Assembly (NCBI GenBank): GCA_008632985.1
Contig: QPGO01000071.1
Coordinates: 124,001 to 172,291, forward strand
Direction: 5' to 3'
DNA length: 48,291 nt
DNA from: Psammoneis japonica
Taxonomy: Eukaryota
In this document: positions 38,090 through 48,291 of the stretch, one piece after another
How positions within the stretch are numbered: position 1 is the first letter of the stretch
Layout of the letters: every line of letters begins with the position of its first letter
The notes under the pieces: model-generated
What the model saw: the letters and a program-made list of their open reading frames with translations, nothing else
Databases searched by the model: none
What the model was told of the DNA's origin: nothing
Program-made: the position numbers and the translations under genes

Positions 38090-41000
38090 TTCGACTTCGG
38101 ATGGAATGAAGTTCCAGAACATGAGGGGGCGGAGAAGGTCCCAGATTTGGGAGCAACCCCAATGCTTGCTGAGAATGTCAGCAGGGTTGCGGGAGCCTTC
38201 GATGAAGTGGAACTCAAGGTAACCAGAGGCAATTGCCTCACGCACATGGTGGAACGACAGTGCGGTGTGTCGCTTGTGTAACTTGGAGTGCGGGATGGTG
38301 GCACTGTCTACAACCGACTTGTTGTCACCGAACATGTAACTGACATTACGGATCGGGACGCCAAGGCAGCGCAGGGTGATGCGCAGGTCGACAATCTGCT
38401 CAACACAATTCCTTGCGGCAACAAATTCAGATCCGCAGGTTGCAGTCTCCACGGTGGCTTGTTTCTTGGAGAACCAATCAGCCGGGAATTTGTTGAGGAA
38501 GTGGAGCATTCCCATGACAGAGCGTCCGGTGAGCATGCAATGGTGCAAGTTTGCATCGACGCAGTGGGTGGTGGTGACGAACTTGCCAAGGGGCGGTGGA
38601 GCATCCTTCGGGATCATCTCTTCTGCTTCACCATGCACGGAATGCATCCATTCACAGGCTGGAGCAGGGAGATCCGAACAGTCGGGCTCTTCCGTGCGAA
38701 CGCGGAGAGCACCGTGTCGCATCTTGGAGAGGTGCCCACAGACGCGTTTGGCACGATCCAAGTGGCCTTGACGGGGCGCAGCTCGGAAGCTAGAGAGTGA
38801 CATGACAGCCGTGGTAATGTCAATTCGACCAAGGGACACTGCCCATTGGAGTGAACCAACAAGAGACTGGAACTTGTGAATGCCATCGGGTCCCAGCAGT
38901 TCGGAAGTGTCCAGTTCGGGGTGGTCACCCTTCTCCAGAGGTGACAGGGCGTTGGTGGCAGGTTTCTCCCCAAACAGTCGGGCGCAGCTGTCGACCATGC
39001 GCTCGATGTACTTGCGCGGAGACAGGCACAAGGTTCCGTTGGGGTCCCGGGAAAAGTCGCAACCCAGATGGAACTCAATGGGTCCCGCACCCTTGAGCTT
39101 GAACTTGTGCTTTTCCGTGAGAGTGTCGACGAAAGATTGAGGGTCCTTCATGGCAATGGCGAGGTCATCCACATAAACGGCAATGCATTCACAGTGGTCG
39201 CCGTTCCTGCGCATCCAAATGTCGGGTTCGGCGCGGCAGGGGAAGAAGCCTTCAGCTCGCAGGCAGTCAGCGAAGCGCTCGTGCCAGCGGAGACCGGAGC
39301 TGCGCAGTCCATGCAGTGCCTTGTGGATGACAAGGATGTGTCCTTCGAGTTTGCCAAATTCGGGTCCAGCTACAATGTAAAGCTTCTCCTTGGTGGCAGC
39401 TTCAAGGTGGGCATTGCCAATGTCGGTGGCCCATGTCTCCAGCTCGTTGAGTTCGGCCAGGAAAATCATCAGCCGAAGGCCACGGAGGGAGACCACTCCG
39501 GAGCAGACACTGTCGATGGGTGCGTCCGTGAGGTGCCCGTCGGCTACGAGTCGTGCCTTGTGGCGACCGTCGTGTTTCACGTCGCACACCAGGTGCACTC
39601 GGATCTTCTTGTGTCCCGCAGGAGGAGTGGAAGACTTGAAGGGCCCGCAGTCATGGAAGACTTCGTATTCGTTGAGTTGGTCCATCTCGAGATTAGTTGC
39701 GTCTCCCCACTTGCGGTTGCCGTTGCGTTCGTCTAGTGACATGGCGTGTTTGTAGTTCCGGGGAACTTCGCACCCGCACTTGTGGCGAGGTGCAGTGCGG
39801 AAGGAGCGAAGCTTGGCTTGGTTGGCCATGCGAAACAGCTTCTTTTGGCGCCTCGCGACAGTGCGGAACCGCTTCCAGCCATCCGTGTCGAGGAGTCCGT
39901 TCTCTCGTGCATAGATGGCACAGGTGACGGGGTCGTCCTTGGCGATGATGGCAAGAGGCTCGGACGTGATCTCCCCACTTTCCCATTCAAGCATGATGTT
40001 GTAGCTTGAGCCTTTCCAGGTTGGGTCGTGAGGCTTCAGAGGTCCTTCGTGTGACACGATGCGTCGAAATTTCCAAATGGTGGTGTCTTCGTCTTCTTGC
40101 TCAATGTGATTCATGATGTCATTGCAGGCAAGGACTTCCTCGCATTCGTCATTGTTGACAGAGCAGACGAACCCAGTGAGCTCGGGATTGCCGTTCACTT
40201 TCCATTCATGGTCTTCGACGGCCTTGACGATGCGAGCTCTGTGGCGTTGTCCGTCCTCTTGTGGCTGCATGAGGAAGGTACGTCCAATGATGTCTTGCGG
40301 ATCGAAAACTGGCATCTTGGGTGTCCTGATCTCCCCATCAGGAGAATCGACGGGGTTGTCGTCATGGCGAGATTTGATGATGGGTTCAGGTGGCTCCCCA
40401 TCAGGAGGATCAAGACGCAGGTTTCGAACGGCAGGATCGGGGGTAGCAGAGCGAACGTTGGACCGGCAGAGGATCTTCTGAGTCTCGTCAGATAGGATCT
40501 TGAAGGTCATCTGGTGGCCGACGTGCTCAGCAATGCCAACGAAGCGTCCACGCAACTCACGGGATTCGGACGGCCAATCGGAGTCATCGAGGTGGAAGCA
40601 CACTGGTTCCCACCAGTGAAAGCGAAGCAATGGGCTGATGTCCGGGGTGGATCCAGTGAGAGTCTCGAGGGGCGTGCGCCAGTGGAGACGTGGGACGCTG
40701 TGTGGTTGAGTGTGAAGCACACGTGCATGAGCGCCAGCAGCCATGTGTGGGCGGGCGAACCAAAACGGTCCATGACAGTGTTCGCCATGCGCTTCACGGT
40801 CTGGTGTCGACGCTCGGCAAAGTTTTGGTGTTGCTGGTGAGGCTCACTTTGCCAGCTGGAGATGAAGAGGGCGCGCAGGATCCCGAGCACTTTGTTGCTG
40901 ATCTCAACTTGAGCACGGTCGCTAATGAGTTTGGATGGGGCACCACGTTCACGGATCTGATCCTCGAGTGTGTTGACAAACTCTTTGTCCGTCTTAGTGC

Positions 41001-43644
41001 CGTAGACGTCAGTGACGGTAGACTCGGTGCCAACAAACAGTTGGGCGCTGGTGCAACCAGAGTCGACGGCCGGGGTGTCGGCATGAACGGTGTCAGTGGC
41101 GATGGGCTCATTGCGGCGGTGTACATTAAGGGCGGGGTTGGGTGATTTGCAGGCCTTGCGAAGGTGTGTGCCGGCGGGCATGCGGGCGTACTGCGTGGTG
41201 CAGTCAAAAGTACGACGGACCGCATCGGCAGGCAGGAAGCCAAAGTGAGGCCGAAGAGACTCGAAGGGGGGGTCCTTGGGCTGTGCAGTGCGCTCCGGAG
41301 GTGGAACGTCATCGCCCTTGGGGTCAATCGCATGCAGATGACACTCGTAGAACACGTCGTCGTTCGGAATGAGGTGATCATCGAGGGCGGACGCGTGATC
41401 GGCAGACAAGGAAGCGGACAAGATGGTCTCGTTGACAACGACACGGTGACGGCAGTTGCCGCATTCGTCAAATGGGTTGGCAGTGGGATCGTCCTGCAGG
41501 TCAGAGATCGCATCGTACCACTGGTCGTCGTCAGTGACAGAGTGATCGAGGACGGAAGGGTCCCATGTGTCATCACCGGTGAGGATGACATGGGGCAGGG
41601 TGTCCCATTCGGTGTCAGTGCAAGGTCGCATGGCAACATAAGGCAGGCCAGCCTTGATGTCAATGGGGATGACATAGCCATCAGGAGTGGCAACACGTTG
41701 CAAGCCGTTGGGCACCTTGACAGAGCGATCGTTGACATCCTGTTTGCACCATTCGAGCTGGCCGCAGGAATGGATGGTCTTGCCCTTTCCCGTGCATGCG
41801 CACTGATGGAGGATGGCGATGACGGGACCACGCTGGGTCTCAATGACGCCAACTGATGATCGTCAATGCCCTGAACGTCGACTTGGCGAGAGGTGCGTGC
41901 GATGACGCGAACGTCGTCGCCAGCAATGCCGCCGTTGGCCCCACGATCGACTAGAGCGCCAGTGCGTGTGGAGCGATGAGCAGAGGCAGAGCAAATGACA
42001 TTGTGGTTGTTGACGCGGCAGCAAGTGCGGCCGTTAAGTTCCATGTCATCTGCAGAAGCTGGCGGGGTAGAGGAAGCGGCGGATGGCCCCGGTCGACTGG
42101 CATTGGAGGCTTGGTTAGGAGACAACAGACGTTGCAGATCACCGGGTGGCAGTGGCTTGCGCTTGGTGAGGTGCGCCAGGATGGGATCATCCGAAGTGGC
42201 GTCCACATGTGTGGCGGAGTCACCACAGTCAGCAGGAGTCGTGTTGGACAAGTTGACATCACCGTCACTCCCAAGGTGTTGGTCGTGAAGGTTGGCCGTA
42301 ACAGACTCATGGCAGTCACTGGCTCGCGGGTTGCGGGGAGGCGGACGAGATTGCTCAAGGATGATCGCCTTGGAGGAATCAGGCAACGAATCCCAGAGCC
42401 GTTGGTGGTCGGGAGGGAGACGTCTCCATTGGACACCGGTGAGGCTGGGACCGCGGGTGCAGGCAGCATTGGCTTGAAGGACGTCAACGTCGCTGTCAAT
42501 GTCGTAGAACACATTGTCGGACGGTTCCTCGGAGCAGACGTCGTGTGCGCACATGGCGCGTCGGGGAGCTCGAGGTGTCGTCTTGGGTTGAAACGTGCTG
42601 TCGTGCTGAGCTGCCGCGGAGAGGAGCAAGCCACAGCATTGATCGCATGTGAGGCTCTTGTCACTCTGCGTGCGATGCTGATCAGCTTGGTTCTTGACAG
42701 CACGGAGTTCCTCGACAGGGTGCACGGCATTCTCGAGCATGACGCGCTTCTGTCCTTCAGAGAAGTGGTCACTGGCGGGGATGAGTGCCTCGCACTTGCG
42801 CAACTGATCTTGCCAATGAAGGATGAACCCGTGGGTCGGACCTTTCCAAGTGCCATCACCAAGACGTGCGGTGGTGAGGTGCGTGAGCAGGGTGGAGGAC
42901 TCGACAGATGCACGGGTGGAGGCAAGCGCGCACTCAGACAAGGAGCGGCAGACGGTCTGTGCGTCAGAAGACCCCACATTTTCGCGAATGAGAGCCTTGC
43001 CCTTGTCGGTGAGAAGGATGCGTTCGAAGACGGCGAACATGTGCTTTTGCTGTTCAGCAAAGAGCAGTTTGTCTTCGGGGCTGGTCGGTTTGTACGACGA
43101 GTCTAGAATGCACTCGACGTCTTGGGCACGGGCTTGTGCCACAAGTGAGGTGTGCCAAGTGTGCCACTGCTTGTCGGATTTGAGAGCCGTGAAAGCGGTG
43201 GGATCACGCTTGATGCCTCGCTTGAAGTCTCGCACCGGGTCGCGTGCCTTGGTGGGGTTGGTGACATGTGGAGGTGCAAGGGGTGAGCTGCCGATGGACA
43301 CAGAGGACATGCAGTCCGGGCTGAGGCGGCAGGCAAGGAACTCGTCATGCGTGAACAAAGAGGAGTTGTTGGCAACGTCAAGACCTTTGTGTGCTTTGAC
43401 AATGTGCAGGCCAACTGGTGCTGCTGACATGTTCTTGTAACCACGGGGCAAAGGGATTGCATTGGTGCCGTTGTCGTGCTCAAGCGAGTCGATTTGGGAC
43501 GGCATGAACGTGAACAGTTCCTGATGCGAGTCCGTGCCGTCTTGGGCCAAAGCCAAACGAAGAGGACTCCCAGCACCTTGGGCAAGCACGGTTCCAACAA
43601 CATGCTCGAAACCATCGGTTTGTTGCTGACGAGTGAGAACCATG
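38090..43644 (-). pseudogene. Inner Copia gag-pol polyprotein, frameshifted at about 41850 and about 40700 and extensively Tyr>Cys/His mutated
   Basis: gag FKRGIKRD; protease LVDRGANGG; integrase ATDTVHADTP, ISDRAQVE, SEPHQQHQNFAER; RT KARLVADGH, TDIGNAHL, KALHGLRSSG, YVDD; RNase H VDANLHH, GSEFVAA, GDNKSVV, NPADILSKHW. Confidence 0.9.
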
Positions 43645-44565
43645 GCAGACAAAAGTGGTGTCAGGACAATCAATTCTGGTTGGGAAGCGAAGGCAGACTC
43701 GAAACTTGGGTGAGAACAGACTTGACTTGAAACAGACTTGACTTGAAATCTTGAACTGTCTTAAAATCAGAAGTCGCCGGGCTTTGTTGTCCCGTTCGTT
43801 GTCAAGTGCTAAACTTCCTGTCCGGTCCGTAGAGTTGTGCCGGCACGTCCGAACCCGCAGCTGGCGGCGCTTTGGGTTGCTTGCGAGCGGAGCAGCGGGT
43901 TGTAAACCCCTGCAGGTGAGCTGACCAGAGGTGGACAAGACCCCCAAACCATTCTCATTTTATGTCGGTTGGATTTCCCGATCAGGCTGGCCAGTTGACG
44001 CAGGCGTCAGGCGCTGTGGACGAACGAACAAACGCGGGAAAGCACCCTCGCCCCAACGCAGGCTGCAATCACGGCTGCTTGCTCTCACAGTCGTCCTCGT
44101 GGACCCAGTGGAACTGCAGAGCACCAGCAGTCCGGGGTAGATCAGGTGCAATGGACTCGGTGTGCTTGTAGAGTGGCAGCAAAACCGCAGTCTGAAGAGT
44201 GGGTACAGGTTCTTGGCCGTGAAGACATGCACACATGCACATGTCTTCAGCGACGAAGATCCTTGAATATGTGGGGTTCTTGACCGTCAACCGATGAACA
44301 GGTATGTCAAGGGATGAGGATCAAGGACAGACTTGGATGTGACCGTTGAATGTATGTCTTCAGCGATCAAAGGCAGTATAATCAATCCAGGTGTCCAGCG
44401 GTAAGGAGACTTGACGGTGACGTTAACTTCCTGCCGATGCCCTGGTGTTGAATGCGCGTAGACTTGCCGATGTATGTAGAACATATACGGAGGTCCACGT
44501 GGAATTGAAATAGCGTCGTTGGTAAATCAACGACGACGATGGCGGTTGCTCAATGGGTTGACAAT

Positions 44566-44582
44566 GAGCAAGACTGTTAATC
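44566..44582 (-). promoter_or_regulatory. Primer-binding site of the inner Copia, complementary to a tRNA-Asn(GUU)-like anticodon arm
   Basis: Immediately internal to the 5' LTR the minus strand reads GATTAACAGTC, the complement of GACTGTTAATC. There is no canonical TGG start. Confidence 0.5.
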
Positions 44583-44858
44583 TGATAGAAATTGAAGGCA
44601 AATGGCAAGAATTCAAACAATGACTCCTTACTGCTGTCTAAACAGCAGATGAGTCTCCGCTCAGAGACCGTCACAGGAGCTGAAAGACGTGCAAGTCGGC
44701 ACAATCGGGCCACTGTCATTATTCTTGTGAGCCTTGTGGCTCGAAAGCAAACTACATCGCGCGTGAACGCGCGGAACTAAAGCACACAAAACTGTGCGCG
44801 GTAAACTAAACAGCGCGCGATGCTTCGCGCGCATCCAAATCCTGTTCAAATCCTGTCA
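44583..44858 (-). repeat. 5' LTR of the inner Copia
   Basis: Second LTR copy, TGATAG...CTGTCA on the plus strand, followed by TSD CATCT. Confidence 0.95.
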
Positions 44859-44863
44859 CATCT

Positions 44864-47800
44864 CAAGAAAGTCGACGGCAAGGTCGTGTGCCTTTTTGAT
44901 CATCTTCACGCCTTCACTGTCAAAGACCTTGAGAAGGAACATGAGACCCGTGTGGCGGCCACAGGTGACGAAGGCTACGATCAGCATGAAATCGATGACA
45001 TCGGCTTGTCACAACTCATCGTCAAGTCGCGCATCACCGAAACCTTCCGTGAAAAGATTGAAACCAAGTTTGATCACTTGAAGAAACTGCAAGGATCTTC
45101 CGGGGTCTGTCTCATTTATGATGGCTCTGGACACCTGCAACGCCAGTGCTCTGGTTGACGTCAAGGCCGCCAAGGAAAAGTTGAACGACTTAACTCTGGA
45201 TGCCCACCCTGGCGAGGACTGCACCGAGCTTGCAACCGAAGCTCTGCGCCTGCTCAAGATCATGCAGACGGACCATGCGTCACCAGTTGAAACTGGGTCC
45301 ACCATTTTATCTGAGGTGTCAAAGACATCGTCCGAGTTTTTCAATCGTCAAGTTTTTGCCAAGCTCGACTCCGTCAAGCGCTTGGAGTGCAAATGTCGCT
45401 TGCGTGACCCGGCAGAAGTCCCCAAGGATGCCGGCTGTGCGGATCTTGGACCTGTTGGCCTCATTGGCTGGATCACCAAGACCCATGGCGAACTCATTAG
45501 CGATGAAGATTGGCCTGCCTTAGCAGCCAAGCTCCCGGAATCCAACCTCACCAAGGACAACTCGGAAAAGCATTGCTGCGGCTGTGGCAAGGTTGGGTGC
45601 ACCAAACGCACGTGTCCTGCCTGCAAGGAGCAATGCAAGAAGGACAAAAAGGGCATGGCGGACAAGTCCAAGGATGACCCTCCGGATGTCCGGAAGACTG
45701 ACCCTTCCAAGAAACCACCCAAGCCGGCCTGGCATTTCGTTCACAAAGGTGCCACTGTCACCGACGAGAAAGGCACGACCTGGCACTGGTGCGACAAGTG
45801 TGTGAACAAGGAAACGGGCAAGAAGGGCATGTGTCAAGGCCACTCCTCCGCTCAACACACCGGGAAACCGTCTGTCAAAACCGAAACCACCGCTGCGGCA
45901 AATTTGTCTGCTGTGTCGGACCCCTCTTCGGGCATTCCTTTTGGTCCTCCCGAGCAGACGACGTCTCCGCCTACAGACGAACCCTCTGACCCTCACGAGC
46001 TGGTTTATTGCGGCATGTGGTGTGCACCTGTGGACGACTCTTTGAGTTCGACTCCAGTGACTACGACCGTCACGTTCACTCCTGCTCCATCGGCCGAGAG
46101 GGAGACTGCCGTGGCCAAACCCGCTCCCATCTTGGTTGAAACGGTTGACCCCGAAGACGCTGACGATTGCTCCGAGCACTCTGACGCTCACTCCTCTTTT
46201 GACTCCCTGCCGTCAGCTATCGAGCTATTTCCGGCCCATGCTGTGCATGAGATTCAAAATCCGGACGTGTTTTATGACACGATCGCAACTCACGTGGAAG
46301 GTCTGTCCGACGACGTGTTAGACGATCTCGTTTCCGGGGCAAGCATCCTGCCTTTCGAAGACAGCTACGAGCACTTACCTCCAAGCACCCAGTGTCGCGG
46401 TTTCGAATTTTACGATCCCGAACCCCAAGATGTTGATTGTGGCGTCGAGGAGGCAACGCCGAGCTCTCGTCTTGAGCTCTTCTGGAACTTCTTGAAGCTC
46501 CGAGTTTTCTGGCTGTTTGCCATGTTCTGGGAAACGGTGCCACACATTTGCTGTGCGCCGATTCCTGTCTTACCTCGTCGTATGCGCCGTAAGGCATTCA
46601 TCCCAACCATTCACGGTTTCCCCTCTACCTGGATGGTGCTGACTGGAGCTGTCATGGTCTGGGCGTCTGTTTTCAACGGTCAGCTTCCCACGTATCCATT
46701 CTCCAAGGTCCCCTCTCGCTTCTCCAAAGCTGGCTCTCAGGTCTGCTCGATCATTGAAGAACTGGACGATAAGACAGTGTTAGATCCGGGCAGTTTGGTG
46801 GAATGCAACAAGATCAAGGCGCGACAAGTGCTTGCCGAATTTGTGGAGCGCGATCCGGACCATCATCTGAGCAAGAAATTCACGCAGCTCTGGGAGAACG
46901 ATGCATGCTCTTCCCCAGGCCGCTGTGTCCCTCCAGCTCTAGAAGACCCCGAGTCCTACTTCGACACCTATGATTCAGAGGAAGCCCTCGGCCCGCTCCC
47001 GACCGAGCCGAGCCACCACTTTGATGCGGTTGAGGAGCTCTCTCCGGACTATTTTCGTTTCGACGAGCTGTCCACCAAGTTTGGTTTCGTGGACACCACT
47101 CCATGGCAAGACCCTGTGAAGCTTCTCCAGGCAGCTACTGACGGAACCGAAGCCTGTCCCACTCATACCTCTATGCAGGTGTTGACAGGCCAACGTTCTT
47201 CAGCACAACTCGCCGCCGACCCGCAAGCTTTGCTGAGCCTAGCACATGAGCGCCACACCGTCATGTGCGACACTGGCGCATCCTTGGCCATTGCTTACGA
47301 TGAAAACGACTTTGTCGGACCTCTGACAATCCCTGATGGCCCATTGAAGCTTGGGGGTCTAGCAAATGGCTTAACCATCGCCGGCATCGGACCCGTCTCC
47401 TGGGTTTTCCATGACAAGGACGGCTCTGAGCTCGTCGTCAAGACGATGGCGTGCCATGTGCCTCAGGCCGGACAACGTCTTCTATCCCCACAACGCCTCT
47501 ACAGCAAGGAACATGGCGTGACAGGAAAATGTGAGGGAGACGAGGACTCATTTCGAGTGCACATTGATGGCGCCGGTTCGCTCAAGGTCGCGCACGCGTC
47601 AAATCACTTGCCGGTTGCGTCTGTGACCAACGGGGTGGCACCCGCTCCTCAAGTCAATCTGTCTGTGTTGCACGAGGACAACCAGAACCTCACCACCGGT
47701 CAGAAGCTCCTTCAAGAATGGCACTTCAGGTTTGGTCACCTGAACATGCCACGCATCCAAGGCCTGCTTCGGGCCGAACCTTTTCTCCGACCCAAATTCA

Positions 47801-48291
47801 AGCATGCTTCGCGTTGCGACATTCCGCGGTGCGAGGTGTGCGAACATGCCAAAGGACATCGCCGAACCCTCAAGTCTGCCAAACATGCGGCTACTCCAGA
47901 GCGTGAGGGTGCTCTTCGAGCCGAGCATCTACGTCCAGGCCAAGCCGTCAGCGTGGATCACTTCGAATCCCGTCTCCTCGGCCGAACCTACGACTCCTGC
48001 GGGAAGGCCTCGTCCCAGCAATACAAAGGAGGCTGCATTTTTGTGGATCATGCCTCCGGTTACCCACATGTTGAACACCAACTTGGTTTCTCTGCTGTGG
48101 AAACGGTGCGAGCGAAGCAAGCGTTTGAAAAGCACGCGATGGACCACGGCGTCATCATCCAAGAATTTCTTGCCGATTCTGGCGCTTTCAAGGCCAATGC
48201 TTTTGTGCAACACATGCAACAGCACGAACAACGTCTGCGTTTTTGCGGAACCAATGCCCACCATCAGAACGGCGTCGCAGAACGTGGCATT
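44864..48291 (+). mobile_element. Outer Copia, continued: gag (Zn-knuckle-like), protease, GAG-pre-integrase and integrase core, running off the window; frameshifted
   Basis: CCGCGKVGCTKRTC and WHWCDKC...H...H in gag; CDTGAS protease motif at about 47265; LLQEWHFRFGHLN...CEVC; PGQAVSVDHFES, GGCIFVDHASG, LADSG and FCGTNAHHQNGVAERG. Confidence 0.9.

Larger units (their letters stand above)
37780..44858 (-). mobile_element. Complete inner Ty1/Copia (CoDi-like) LTR retrotransposon, 7079 bp, TSD CATCT
   Basis: 276-bp LTRs with TG...CA ends at 37780-38055 and 44583-44858. CATCT at 37775-37779 and 44859-44863. Domain order gag-PR-IN-RT-RH. Confidence 0.95.

Noticed and set aside
38003..43673. Alternative genetic code (TGY/CAY read as Tyr)
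   Set aside because: Host genes use Tyr codons normally, some TE Tyr codons survive (YVDD), and non-coding LTR sequence shows the same changes.
43716..43750. ACAGACTTGACTTGAA tandem duplication in the Copia 5' UTR
   Set aside because: Real, but an ordinary short slippage repeat with no evident function.
37780..44858. ADAR-type RNA editing or RT error during retrotransposition
   Set aside because: Changes occur on both strands, differ between the two LTRs, and also affect a DNA transposon.
490..48291. Classical RIP or simple 5mC deamination as the sole cause of the TG/CA excess
   Set aside because: RIP raises TpA, and CpG decay cannot turn Tyr codons into Cys or His. The young Copia keeps its CpGs while losing TpA.

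Overview
Eukaryotic nuclear DNA, most likely a diatom (inferred from CoDi-like Copia elements, an Ambal-like LINE, short GT-AG introns and an RxL-motif secreted protein). Host genes, all on the minus strand: the 5' end of a mitochondrially targeted protein (1-181), a 4-exon full-size ABCB/MDR transporter (3645-7996), two small presequence + single-TM proteins (10158-10418; 11153-11445, with a 1-bp frameshift), a secreted two-repeat protein (30042-31509, frameshifted) and MIC60/mitofilin (34668-36640). About two thirds of the window is nested or degenerate transposable elements: an APE-RT-RNaseH LINE split by an 8.8-kb Sola-like DNA transposon (TIRs, TGGA TSD, GNAT-like and papain-like cargo), and a complete Copia element (276-bp LTRs, CATCT TSD) inserted antisense into the gag of a second Copia. 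The main signal is that every repeat, whatever its class, has had TpA dinucleotides converted to TpG or CpA (A>G on either strand). Conserved Tyr becomes Cys or His, TAA/TAG stops are erased, and the two LTRs differ only at pyrimidine-purine dinucleotides, while host genes are untouched. This looks like a repeat-targeted A-to-G 'reverse-RIP' genome defence, or a repeat-specific TpA base modification that was miscalled during sequencing.
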